A stretch of DNA of 64,000 nt from Candidatus Sulfomarinibacteraceae bacterium. GTDB lineage: Bacteria > Acidobacteriota > Thermoanaerobaculia > Thermoanaerobaculales > Sulfomarinibacteraceae. A program made the position numbers and the translations under genes. The stretch's first letter is position 1, and every line of letters starts with the position of its first letter. Shown here piece by piece: positions 8,010-16,731 of the stretch. The notes under the pieces are model-generated. The model did not search any database and was not told the DNA's origin. It was given only the letters and a program-made list of their open reading frames with translations. The stretch is taken from contig CAWGLE010000004.1 in NCBI GenBank assembly GCA_963823345.1, positions 513,166 to 577,165 of the forward strand, given 5' to 3'.

Positions 8010-9223
8010 GACCAGTCCCTCACCAGCTTGCGCTCACCGATGTAGAGCTCGTTGGGGGAGTTGGGGTCGAGCGCCCACTTCATGCGCTCGATCCCCTCGG
8101 TGATCTCCTTGATCGAGCCGCAGTAGCTCAAACGCAGGTGGCCTTCCCTGCCGAACTCCTTGCCGGGAACGGTCACCACCTGCACCTTGTCGAGCAGGAA
8201 ATTCGAGAGCTCGACCGAGCTCTTGTTGTAGTGGCTGAAGTCGGGGAAGGAGTAGAAGGTGCCGCCGGGAACCTCCAACCGTACGCCCTCGAAGGCCCTG
8301 AGCTCCTGGACCAGGACGTTGCGGTTGTTTTCGAGCGTTGTACAGAGACTCGAGACCGACGACTGGATGCCGTTGATGGCGCCCACCGCCGCGTGTTGCA
8401 GGACCGCCGACGGGCCCGAGGTCTCGTGGCCCTGGATGTTGGTCATCACCTCGATGAGGCGGGTGTTGCCGACCGCCCACCCGATGCGGAACCCGGTCAT
8501 GGCGTACTGTTTGGAGACCCCGTTGATGATGATCAGCTTCGAGTTGTCGGAGCGGTCCTTGGCGAACTCGCAGGCGTTGATCGGTCTGCGCCCGTCGAAG
8601 ATCAGGCGGTGGTAGATGTCGTCCATGATCAGCCACAGACCGCGCTTCTCGCACAGCTCCACCACGCCGCGCACGAACTCCGCCGGGTAGACCGCCCCCG
8701 ACGGGTTGTTGGGGCTGTTGAGGATCACCGCCTTGGTGTAGGAGCCGATCACCTGTTCGATCTCCCGGACGCGTGGGACGAACGAGCCGTCCTCGGGGTG
8801 GACCGGCACCGGCACCGCACCGACGAGCTTGACCATCTCCGGATAGGAGACCCAGTAGGGCGCCGGGAAGATGACTTCCTCCTGGGGGTCGAGGATGGCG
8901 TGGAGGGCCGTCATGATGGCCTGTTTGGCGCCGCTGGCCGCCATCACGTTTTCGGGTTGCGGACGCCAGCCGTAGAAGTCCTCGGTATAGCGGATGATGG
9001 CCTGTTTCAGGGCCGGGATGCCGTCGGGCGGTGTGTACCGGACCTCGCCCGAACTCAGGAGCGCGCTCGCGGCGAGGATCGCGTCCATCGGTGGCTTGCC
9101 CTTGGGTTCGCCGCCGCCGAGGTGGATCACGGGGTCGCCCTTGGCGCGCAGGATGGCGGCCACTTCGTTGAGCTTGAGAGTTGCCGATTCGCCAATGGAC
9201 TTGGCGATCAAGGAGAGGCTCAT
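8006..9223 (-). CDS. Class I/II PLP-dependent aminotransferase (aspartate aminotransferase-like)
   Basis: 405 aa; PLP-lysine region NGVSKQYAMTGFRIGW; 4-nt overlap with the pckA start. Confidence 0.85.
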   Translation of the reverse strand: MSLSLIAKSIGESATLKLNEVAAILRAKGDPVIHLGGGEPKGKPPMDAILAASALLSSGEVRYTPPDGIPALKQAIIRYTEDFYGWRPQPENVMAASGAKQAIMTALHAILDPQEEVIFPAPYWVSYPEMVKLVGAVPVPVHPEDGSFVPRVREIEQVIGSYTKAVILNSPNNPSGAVYPAEFVRGVVELCEKRGLWLIMDDIYHRLIFDGRRPINACEFAKDRSDNSKLIIINGVSKQYAMTGFRIGWAVGNTRLIEVMTNIQGHETSGPSAVLQHAAVGAINGIQSSVSSLCTTLENNRNVLVQELRAFEGVRLEVPGGTFYSFPDFSHYNKSSVELSNFLLDKVQVVTVPGKEFGREGHLRLSYCGSIKEITEGIERMKWALDPNSPNELYIGERKLVRDWS

Positions 9224-9310
9224 GGTTGTCCTGTCCCTTCTGTCGACGCTTCACACGTCGGGTTCAGAATTATCGCAAATGATTGTGAAAATATCCACTA
9301 AGGCAATTCG

Positions 9311-10135
9311 TTGGACGAATTGCATCTATCTTCTTTCCCGCCGCCGTGGTTAGATCGCGTGCATGACGACAAACCAGAAATCGAACGTCTCGGGCGACAT
9401 GGCGCGCGGGTGAAGGACCTCCGGCGGCGGGTCAAACACCGCCGCGGCGGCGAGGTGATCGTCGACGGGCGCCGGATCGCCCTGGATCTCGTGCGCTGGG
9501 AGGTGCCCATCCTCGAGCTCTACCTGACGCCGGAAGCTGCAGCCGCACCCGATACCGCGGCGTTGATCGAGGCCGCCGGTGCGGTCTACGAGGTGGAAGA
9601 CTCGGTGCTCGCGGACATCGCCCCGACCCGCTCACCGCAGGGTCTGTTGGCGGTCGCCGGGGAGCCGCGCCCGCACCGCTGGGCCGCCACCGGCGGAGTG
9701 GCCCTGTGGCTCCATCGCGTCCAGGACCCGGGCAACCTCGGGGCCATCGTGCGCTCCGCAGCCGGGCTCGGCGCCGCGGCGGTGCTGCTCTCCCCCGACT
9801 GCACCGACCCCTTCGGACCCGGCGCGGTGCGCGGCTCCTCGGGCGCGGTATTCCGCGTACCCATCGAGCGCGGGGTGCCGGCGATCACGGCCGTCGAGCG
9901 GGTGCGCCCGGTCGGCGGCGAGGTCTGGGCGGCGGGTTCGGACGGCCGGCCGGTGGCCGGTTGGCAGCCCGTCCGGCCCTGCGTCCTGATGCTCGGCGCC
10001 GAGGGCGTCGGTCTCTCCAACGAGGCCCGCGACCTCGCCGACGGCGAGCTCACCATCCCGCTGGCCAACGGGATCGAGTCCCTCAACGTCGCCGTCGCCG
10101 CCGGCATCCTCTTGCAGCATCTGCGGGAGCGCTGA
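9311..10135 (+). CDS. TrmH/SpoU-family RNA 2'-O-methyltransferase
   Basis: 274 aa; ...LHRVQDPGNLGAIVRSAAGLGAAAVLLS... and C-terminal IPLANGIESLNVAVAAGILL (SpoU knot motifs). The start is uncertain (TTG 9311 or GTG 9359). An 8-bp inverted repeat GCAATTCG-ttgga-CGAATTGC sits at 9303-9323. Confidence 0.8.
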   Translation: MDELHLSSFPPPWLDRVHDDKPEIERLGRHGARVKDLRRRVKHRRGGEVIVDGRRIALDLVRWEVPILELYLTPEAAAAPDTAALIEAAGAVYEVEDSVLADIAPTRSPQGLLAVAGEPRPHRWAATGGVALWLHRVQDPGNLGAIVRSAAGLGAAAVLLSPDCTDPFGPGAVRGSSGAVFRVPIERGVPAITAVERVRPVGGEVWAAGSDGRPVAGWQPVRPCVLMLGAEGVGLSNEARDLADGELTIPLANGIESLNVAVAAGILLQHLRER

Positions 10136-10137
10136 AC

Positions 10138-10161
10138 CACAGAGACACAGAGACACAGAGG
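10138..10161. repeat. Tandem 8-mer array (CACAGAGA)3
   Basis: cacagaga cacagaga cacagagg, starting 3 nt after the methyltransferase stop (10133-10135). Confidence 0.75.
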
Positions 10162-10320
10162 TCGTTCACCGGCGCGGCAGAACTGCCGGCGATCAGGGAT
10201 CGCTGCCGGTGAGCCGTCCGTCCGTTCCGGATGCGAGCATCCGTCCCGGCCGGCCGCCCCACCGGCGACGCGCCGACGGCGCGTAGGTCCTGCCTTCCGA
10301 GAAAAGGGACGAGCCAAACC

Positions 10321-10427
10321 GCATGGAATCGTAGGGTGGGCTTCAGCCCACCATCAGAGTCGTTCACATACGAGGCGGACTCGAGGGACCCGAGGCAACT
10401 CTGAAGGTGGGCCGAGGCCCACCCTAC
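10321..10427. repeat. REPIN type 1, copy 2
   Basis: gcatggaatcGTAGGGTGGGCttcagCCCACC...GGTGGGCCgaGGCCCACCCTAC; same 107-bp layout as 1471-1577. Confidence 0.8.
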
Positions 10428-10525
10428 CCATACAAGTAAGTGGGAAATCTGGGTCAATCCGGGTGATCTGTGGACAACCTTTGCGCCTTTGCGTCTCTGC
10501 GTTAAAAACGATGACGCTTCTGCAA

Positions 10526-11827
10526 TCAATCGCGGTTGATGAGACGGACCGAACCCGCGGGCCCGTCCGTGACGCGGCCGACGACGGCGGCGCCGGGGAG
10601 TCGGCGGACGAGGGCCTCGGCGTGCTCGGGCAGGACAGAGGCGAGCAGCCCCCCCGAAGTCTGAGGGTCGAGACAGAGGTCCACCCGGAGGTCGTCAGCG
10701 CCCCCCTCGACTTCGAGCACGGACGCCACGCTCTCCCGGTTCTTGCCCGCCCCCGCCGGCACCAGACCGGTGGCCGCGGCATCGAGCGCCCCCGGCAGCA
10801 ACGGCAGCGCGGAAAGATCGATCTCGACCGCAATCCCCGAGGCCTCGGCCATCTCGGCCGCGTGGCCGGCGAGCCCGAACCCGGTGACGTCGGTGACCGC
10901 GTGCGGCGCGAAATCGTGCAGCGCATCGGCCGCCTCGCGGTTGAGGGTCGCCATCCACCGCAGGGCGGTCGAGAGGTGGGTGGGGTCGACCATCTCGGCC
11001 TTGGCTGCGGTGGTGAGGACCCCGGTGCCGAGTGGTTTGGTGAGCACCAGTGCGTCGCCGGTCAGTGCGCCGGCGTTGCGCCAGATCCGGTCGGGGTGAA
11101 CGGTGCCGGTGACCGCGAGGCCGTACAGCAGCTCCTGTCCCTCCACCGTGTGGCCGCCGGCGAGCACGCCGCCCGCCTCCGCGAGGGCCGAGAGCCCGCC
11201 GCGCAGGATCTCGGTCAAGGCTTCGCGTCCGAGCTTGGCGAGCGGGTAGCTGACCAGATTCATGGCGGCCAGGACCGTGCCGCCCATGGCCCAGACATCG
11301 GACAGGGCGTTGACGGCGGCGATGCGGCCGAAGGTGTAGGGGTCGTCCACCATCGGCGGGAAGAAATCGGTGGTGTGGATGATGGCGATCTCCGGCGATA
11401 CCCGCACGACGCCCGCGTCGTCGGCGTACTCGATGCCGACCAGCAGGTCGTCGGACTCGAGCCGCGGCAGACCGCACAGCACCTTTTCGAGCAGGCCCTT
11501 CGAGAGCTTGGCGCCGCAGCCGCCGTAGGCCGAACCGGCGGTCAGCTTGACCTCACGCTCGGCAGACACCGCATCGAGGGCGCTCGGCACCCAGCCTCCA
11601 GCGCGCCGCCGGAACACAGCTTGCGGTTCGAGGCCGATCGTTCCCAGGATTCCGGCGAGCGCTTCGGCCTCGGCGGCGCGAACCTCGAGCACAACCCCGC
11701 ACTGCGAACTCACCGACCGCGGCGCCGGCACCGTATCCACGTCGAGTCCGGCATCGCGGGCCGCCTTTTCAGCGCGCATCACCCGCTGCACGGTGCCGAA
11801 CACCACGAGGAGATCCCGCGCGCTCAA
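10526..11827 (-). CDS. selD: Selenide,water dikinase (selenophosphate synthetase) with N-terminal DUF3343-like extension
   Basis: 433 aa. TTG start with GGAGGAG SD. Residues ~95-433 align to SelD (..SAYGGCGAKLSKG.., TTDFFPPMVDDPYTFGRIAAVNALSDVWAMGG, DVTGFGLAGH, DPQTSGGLL), Cys form. The first ~90 aa (LLVVFGTVQRVMRAEKAARDAGLDVDTVPAPRSVSSQCGVVLEV) look like the small putative Se/S-carrier DUF3343 fold. Confidence 0.9.
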   Translation of the reverse strand: MSARDLLVVFGTVQRVMRAEKAARDAGLDVDTVPAPRSVSSQCGVVLEVRAAEAEALAGILGTIGLEPQAVFRRRAGGWVPSALDAVSAEREVKLTAGSAYGGCGAKLSKGLLEKVLCGLPRLESDDLLVGIEYADDAGVVRVSPEIAIIHTTDFFPPMVDDPYTFGRIAAVNALSDVWAMGGTVLAAMNLVSYPLAKLGREALTEILRGGLSALAEAGGVLAGGHTVEGQELLYGLAVTGTVHPDRIWRNAGALTGDALVLTKPLGTGVLTTAAKAEMVDPTHLSTALRWMATLNREAADALHDFAPHAVTDVTGFGLAGHAAEMAEASGIAVEIDLSALPLLPGALDAAATGLVPAGAGKNRESVASVLEVEGGADDLRVDLCLDPQTSGGLLASVLPEHAEALVRRLPGAAVVGRVTDGPAGSVRLINRD

Positions 11828-11855
11828 CGCTCTCCTCCGAGATTTCCCGTCGGGC

Positions 11856-11948
11856 GGGCGGGGATAAACCCCGCCCCTACGCTGCTCCGGGACATATACC
11901 GTACCCGAAAGCCGTAGGGGAGGGGTTTATCCCCTCCCTTTCGTTTTC
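11856..11948. repeat. REPIN type 2, intergenic copy (GGGCGGGGATAAACCCCGCCCCTAC ... GTAGGGGAGGGGTTTATCCCCTCCC)
   Basis: Two inverted hairpins with inward CTAC/GTAG heads and a 43-nt spacer. It lies between selD and the desulfurase gene. The same family is embedded in paralogues A, B and D. Confidence 0.8.
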
Positions 11949-12044
11949 GGCAGACCGCGAACCCGCGCACGAACGGCATTCCTTGGCGGCTCAGTCCTTG
12001 CCCAACAGCCCATAGCCCATAGCTCATTGCACAGGGTCCAACAC

Positions 12045-13202
12045 TCACGACGCTGCAGACATTCTGACCGCCTGTACCAGCGCGTCCACATCCGCCTCGG
12101 TGTTGAACGGCCCGACGCCGACCCGGATCGTGCCTTCGGGATAGGTGCCGATCCGCCGGTGAGCGGCGGGCGCGCAGTGGAGACCGGCGCGGACGCAGAT
12201 CCCGTGCTCGCGATCGAGGCGGGCCGCGAGCTCGCCCGAATCGATGCCGTCGACGCGGAACGACAGCACCCCGGTGTGCGGCGCCTCCCCGTTCCACCCG
12301 TACAGCGTCACCCTGCCGGTTTCGGCGAGGCCCGGGGCCAACCGCCCGAGCAGCCGCCGGGCGTGATCCTGAACTGCCTGCACCGAATGCCGCCGCAGCC
12401 ACGAGCAGGCCGCTCCCAGACCGGCGGCGCCGACGCCGTTGGGGGTGCCCGCCTCGAGCCGGTCGGGCAGATGCTCGGGCATCTCCTCGCTCTCCGAGAG
12501 CGAACCCGTGCCGCCCCGCACCAGCGGTTCGACATCGAACCCCGGCGCCAGCAGCAGCACGCCGATCCCGGGCGGTCCCAGCAGCCCTTTGTGGCCGGAG
12601 CACACGAGGGCGGCGGCTCCGAGGGTCGAAAAGTCGATACGCAGACTGCCCGCGGTCTGGGCGGCGTCGACCACCACCGGGACCGGCGCGACCGCGGCGG
12701 CGATCTCGGCCACCGGCAGCACGTTGCCCGTGACGTTCGAGGCGTGATTCAGCACCACCAGGTCGGTGGGGGCCTCGGAGACCCGTGCCGCCACATCGCG
12801 CGCACCGGGCACACCGTGCGGTCCGGGCCCCTCCACCACCACGACCTCGACGTCTCGATCGGCCTCCAGCCACCGCAGCGGCCGCATGACGGCGTTGTGT
12901 TCGAGGGCCGTCACCACGACCCTGCCCCCGCGCCCGAGGCGGGAGCTGAGCACCGTGTTGAGCCAGAAGGTGGCGCCCGATCCGAACAGGGTCCGCTCCG
13001 GGTCCCCGCCGAGCAGGGCAGCGACCTCTTCCCGGGCGCCCTCGATGGCGCGCGACGCCGCCACCGTCAGGCGGTGGCCGCCGCGCCCCGGGTTGCCCGA
13101 CGCCTCGGCCAGAAAGCGCACCATGGCGCCGGCGACGCCGGGCGCCTTGGGGAAGGCGGTGGCGCCGTGGTCGAGGTAGATGGGGGTCCGGGAGTCGCTC
13201 AC
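12045..13202 (-). CDS. Class V aminotransferase: cysteine desulfurase / selenocysteine lyase family
   Basis: GTG 13202 overlaps the yedF stop (GTGA). The translation VSDSRTPIYLDHGATAFP...NHASNVTGNVLP...CSGHKGLLGPPGIGVL...RAGLHCAP... has the PLP Lys and catalytic Cys motifs. The ORF-track 663-aa version is a run-through into yedF in another frame. Confidence 0.85.
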   Translation of the reverse strand: MSDSRTPIYLDHGATAFPKAPGVAGAMVRFLAEASGNPGRGGHRLTVAASRAIEGAREEVAALLGGDPERTLFGSGATFWLNTVLSSRLGRGGRVVVTALEHNAVMRPLRWLEADRDVEVVVVEGPGPHGVPGARDVAARVSEAPTDLVVLNHASNVTGNVLPVAEIAAAVAPVPVVVDAAQTAGSLRIDFSTLGAAALVCSGHKGLLGPPGIGVLLLAPGFDVEPLVRGGTGSLSESEEMPEHLPDRLEAGTPNGVGAAGLGAACSWLRRHSVQAVQDHARRLLGRLAPGLAETGRVTLYGWNGEAPHTGVLSFRVDGIDSGELAARLDREHGICVRAGLHCAPAAHRRIGTYPEGTIRVGVGPFNTEADVDALVQAVRMSAAS

Positions 13203-13819
13203 GGCCGCACGATCGACCCTGCTTCGGCGAGACGGGAGGCGATCTCGAGCATGTCGGTGACACGCCCCACACGCAGCCGGTCGGCGAGCTCGAAGAAGTT
13301 GAGGCAGGTGCCGCAGGCGATGATCTCGACTCCCGCCGCCGCGAGGGCCGCGAGGTCGTCGAGCAGCAGCGAGCCCTCGCAGCACAGCTTGACGCCGTCG
13401 TTGTAGAACAGGATCGCGTCGGGCGTGCGGTCGAGCTGGCTCTGGGTCTTGAGGAACGACCGCATGAGGAGGGCGCCGAGCTCGTCGTTGCCCGTGCCCA
13501 TGGTGGCGGCGGTGATCTGCACCACCCGCGGACCGGAAGAGGAGGGGGTTGCGGGGACCTCGCACGCCAACAGCTCTTCTTCGCCGGGGCGAGCACCGGC
13601 GGCGTCGGCGCCGGCGGTGATCTTCACCACGAAGCTCCCGTCGCCGCCCGGTTCGGTCTGCGTCCCGGCGCCGCGCGAGGTCGCGAACCGGGTCACATTC
13701 GAGCGGCTGAGGTCGTCCGCCACCCGCAGGATGATCTCGCGCTCGCCGGCATCCAGCAGGTCCCGCAGCTTTAAAACCGGACCCGGGCAGGCAAGATCGC
13801 GAACGTCGAGCTCTTTCAT
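13199..13819 (-). CDS. yedF: Selenium metabolism protein YedF-like (TusA/SirA domain + DsrE-like domain)
   Basis: ATG 13819 follows GGGAGG. MKELDVRDLACPGPVLKLRD.. carries the CPxP TusA motif. The C-terminal half ..VVQITAATMGTGNDELGALLMRSFL...GVEIIACGTCLNFF.. is DsrE-like. Confidence 0.8.
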   Translation of the reverse strand: MKELDVRDLACPGPVLKLRDLLDAGEREIILRVADDLSRSNVTRFATSRGAGTQTEPGGDGSFVVKITAGADAAGARPGEEELLACEVPATPSSSGPRVVQITAATMGTGNDELGALLMRSFLKTQSQLDRTPDAILFYNDGVKLCCEGSLLLDDLAALAAAGVEIIACGTCLNFFELADRLRVGRVTDMLEIASRLAEAGSIVRP

Positions 13820-13956
13820 CGAACCTCCCGTCCGGTAAGTGTAAACCCTCGCCGCGTGCTTTTTCTTCTCCCTTTTTCCTGGGTCGCACCGCAAGGCGCG
13901 ACCCAGGAAAAAGGGTGGGGTATGATGAAAGGCAGACCAAACAACTGGAGGTGACC

Positions 13957-15081
13957 ATGCTCGGTCGAGGCGTCCTGAGTCGCTTGCACACTCTGACGCA
14001 GGAGGAGGGTCTGACCCTCACTCTGTATGTGGACATCGATCAGAACAAACAAGCCAACCGGAAACGAGGCTTCGTGGTCCAGGCCGACGCCCTGCTCAAG
14101 AGCCTCAAGGCCGAGCACGGAGCGGACCGCAAGCTCGCCGACTCGGCCCGTCGCGCGCTCGATCTGGTCAAGAAGGCCAAACCGAACGGCCTGTGCGCCC
14201 TCGTGGTGGTTCACCTGCCGTCGCGAACTGCCGAGGTCCACCAGCTCAGGGTGCCGTTGGTGGCCCAGGCCTATTGGCGGAAGGGCGCCTTCCTGCGGCC
14301 GGTCGTCGAGGCGATGGACGAACACGAGCGCTACGGCGTCGTCCTCACCAGCACCCAGCGCGCCCGCCTCTTCACCGTTTCGATGGGCGAGATCGCCGAG
14401 CACGACGACCTCTTCTCCGACACCGGCCCGCGCACCCGGGCCCTCGGTTCGGACCAGTGGCGCTCCCAGAAACGGCACGAACGACGGCACGAGGAGGAGG
14501 TCACACTCCACGCCAAAAAGGTGATCGACGCCCTCCGCGATCTGTCGCTGCGCATCCCCTTCGACCGCCTCATCATCGCCGGCACCGCCAAGGCGACCGC
14601 CCAGCTCGAACGACTGCTGCCTCGCCGCCTCAAGGGCAAGCTGGTCCGCACCATCACGATGCCCATGACCGCGACCCCGAGGGAGGTGCTCGAAGGCATC
14701 CTCAAGGTCCAGGAGCGGATGGAGCGGGACGAGGAGTCCTCGCTGGTCGAGGCGGTGCTGGCCGAGCTCCACGACCGCGGTAAGGCGGTGGCCGGCTTCG
14801 CCGCCGTCCTCGACGCCGTCAACCAGGGCCGGGTCTGGACTCTCGCCTACAACAAGGGCTTCAAGACCACAGCCGGCGAGTGCGGCGACTGCAAGGCCTA
14901 CTCGCCGCACGCCCGCGGGCCCTGCGTCTACTGCGGCGGCGAGGTCAAACCGCTCTCCCAGCCCATCGACCGCCTCGGCCAGTCCGTCCTCGAGATGGGA
15001 GGCCGCGTCGAGGTCGTCGACGGCCCGGCGCGCACCGCGCTGGCCAAGAAAGGCGACATCGCGGCGTTGCTGCGGTACTGA
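13957..15081 (+). CDS. eRF1/Pelota-like (bacterial baeRF1-type) protein with inserted zinc ribbon
   Basis: ATG 13957 follows GGAGG. N-terminus ..LTLTLYVDIDQN..; central loop ..TRALGSDQWRSQKRHERRHEEE..; CGDCKAYSPHARGPCVYCGG (CxxC..CxxC); C-terminal ..GDIAALLRY, which is like eRF1 domain 3. Assignment is from memory of family signatures. Confidence 0.55.
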   Translation: MLGRGVLSRLHTLTQEEGLTLTLYVDIDQNKQANRKRGFVVQADALLKSLKAEHGADRKLADSARRALDLVKKAKPNGLCALVVVHLPSRTAEVHQLRVPLVAQAYWRKGAFLRPVVEAMDEHERYGVVLTSTQRARLFTVSMGEIAEHDDLFSDTGPRTRALGSDQWRSQKRHERRHEEEVTLHAKKVIDALRDLSLRIPFDRLIIAGTAKATAQLERLLPRRLKGKLVRTITMPMTATPREVLEGILKVQERMERDEESSLVEAVLAELHDRGKAVAGFAAVLDAVNQGRVWTLAYNKGFKTTAGECGDCKAYSPHARGPCVYCGGEVKPLSQPIDRLGQSVLEMGGRVEVVDGPARTALAKKGDIAALLRY

Positions 15082-15111
15082 GGCGGATCCCCGAGCATTC
15101 AGGGTTTTCTT

Positions 15112-15140
15112 GAAATTTCTGTAGTCAATGCAGAAATTTC
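15112..15140. promoter_or_regulatory. AT-rich promoter/operator candidate upstream of DUF4143 ATPase
   Basis: Perfect 10-bp inverted repeat GAAATTTCTG-n9-CAGAAATTTC. TAGAAT lies at 15145-15150, just before GTG 15157. Confidence 0.4.
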
Positions 15141-15156
15141 AATGTAGAATACGTTT

Positions 15157-16317
15157 GTGATTCAACGAAACAGAGTTCTCGGCAGGGTTGTGGATCTTCT
15201 CGAGAGATTCCCGGTCGTCGGCATTATCGGCGCGCGCCAGGTCGGAAAAACCACCCTCGCCCGCCAACTGGCGGCCGGCGATTTCGACAAGGTCACGATC
15301 TTCGACCTCGAGGACCCCCGGGACCTCGCCCGTCTGACCGACCCAATGCTCGTGCTCCGGGATCTTCGCGGCCTCGTGGTCATCGACGAGATTCAGAGAA
15401 TGCCGGAGCTGTTTCCGGTGCTCAGAGTCATGGCGGACCGGGCCGGGCGACCGACCAGGTTCTTGATCCTGGGCAGCGCTTCTCCGCACCTTTTGCGTCA
15501 GAGCTCGGAGTCTCTCGCAGGCAGGATTTCGTATCTGGAGCTGAGCGGATTCAGTCCGGAGGAAGTGGGTATCGATCGTCTTCGAGAGCTGTGGATTCGG
15601 GGTGGGTTTCCGAGGGCCCTTCTCGCTCGCTCGGACAGGCACAGCTTCGAGTGGCGTCTCGAGTTCATCCGCACTTTTCTCGAGCGGGACCTGCCGCAGC
15701 TCGGGATCTCGATTCCGGCGGCCACGCTCAGGAGACTGTGGACGATGCTGGCCCATTCCCACGGCCAGATTTTGAATGTCTCCTCCTTCGCGCGCAGCTT
15801 CGGCGTGGCGGACACCACGGTTCGCCGATACATCGATGTCCTCACGTCCACCTTTGTCGTGCGCCAGCTCCAGCCGTGGCACGAAAACCTCCGCAAACGG
15901 CAGGTCAAATCGCCGAAGGTGTACCTCGCCGACACCGGGCTCCTGCACGCGCTCTTGAACCTCCCCGGCCTCGAAGACGTCGAAAGCCACCCGCAATCGG
16001 GTGCGTCGTGGGAGGGTTTCGCAGCTGAAATCATCCGCACGAGGCTTGGCGCCCGCCGCGACGAGTGTTTTTTCTGGGCGACGCATGCAGGGGCCGAGAT
16101 CGACCTGGTCGTGGTTCGAGGAAGGTCCAAGCTGGGCTTCGAGTTCAAGCGGACGGTAGCTCCTACGCTGACGAGATCCATGCACATCGCACTCGAAGAC
16201 CTCGGGCTCGACTCGATCGATGTCATCCATGCTGGAGACGAGACCTTTCCGCTCGCCGACAGGATTCGTGCGGTGCCCCTGTCGAGAGCCCTCGACGACC
16301 TGATCCCCTTGAACTGA
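15157..16317 (+). CDS. AAA-type ATPase with DUF4143-like C-terminal domain
   Basis: 386 aa; Walker A GARQVGKTTLA, ..VVIDEIQRMPELF.. and the C-terminal half typical of the 'ATP-binding protein, DUF4143' family. Confidence 0.75.
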   Translation: MIQRNRVLGRVVDLLERFPVVGIIGARQVGKTTLARQLAAGDFDKVTIFDLEDPRDLARLTDPMLVLRDLRGLVVIDEIQRMPELFPVLRVMADRAGRPTRFLILGSASPHLLRQSSESLAGRISYLELSGFSPEEVGIDRLRELWIRGGFPRALLARSDRHSFEWRLEFIRTFLERDLPQLGISIPAATLRRLWTMLAHSHGQILNVSSFARSFGVADTTVRRYIDVLTSTFVVRQLQPWHENLRKRQVKSPKVYLADTGLLHALLNLPGLEDVESHPQSGASWEGFAAEIIRTRLGARRDECFFWATHAGAEIDLVVVRGRSKLGFEFKRTVAPTLTRSMHIALEDLGLDSIDVIHAGDETFPLADRIRAVPLSRALDDLIPLN

Positions 16318-16462
16318 AGGGGGAATCTCATTGCCGCGATATTGGGGTCCTGGGCGCGAACGCCGGCAGAGTCAGCGAGATGGCATGAGCTCGGAATCGA
16401 CAATTCTCTCGACGCGCGAGGGCGGCGTCGATGCCGCCCCTGCCCGGGTGTTGTCCGGCGGC

Positions 16463-16650
16463 TGTAGGGGCGGACAAATCCTGCCAACGCTACTCAAAGA
16501 CGTGGGCGGGCCCTGAAGGACCCGCCACGCGGACGCCGATTTCAGCCTCCCACGGGCGGGCCGTAAACGACCCGCCTACGCCGTTCAGGGACCTCTCGAC
16601 CGTTTATGAACGACGTAGGCAGGTCCTTCACGTAAACGACCCGCCTACGC
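16463..16650. repeat. Cluster of REP type 3 hairpins (GTAGGCGGGTC..GACCCGCC family)
   Basis: gtaggggcggac.., cgtGGGCGGGCCctgaagGACCCGCCacg, GGGCGGGCCgtaaacGACCCGCCTACg, cGTAGGCaGGTCcttcacgtaaacGACCCGCCTACg. Related to 31586-31686. Confidence 0.7.
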
Positions 16651-16731
16651 CTTTTGGAGAATTCCTCGCCTTCCCCGATTTCAAAATTGCAGGGAGCTCA
16701 GCCCACAGCGCAGCTTGTGTGGCGAGTCAGA

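Noticed and set aside
5781-8045. 754-aa plus-strand ORF
   Set aside because: It is antisense to pckA and the aminotransferase. It is Gly/Arg/Asp/Val-rich with no motifs. This is a typical GC-driven shadow ORF, and pckA on the other strand is unambiguous.
11824-13596. 590-aa Arg/Pro/Gly-rich minus-strand ORF
   Set aside because: It is an alternative frame of the desulfurase and yedF genes, with compositional junk.
12045-14036. 663-aa minus-strand ORF as one gene
   Set aside because: Only the distal 385 codons (from GTG 13202) are the desulfurase. The upstream part is an out-of-frame read-through of yedF, whose own frame (13199-13819) has SD, start and domain motifs.
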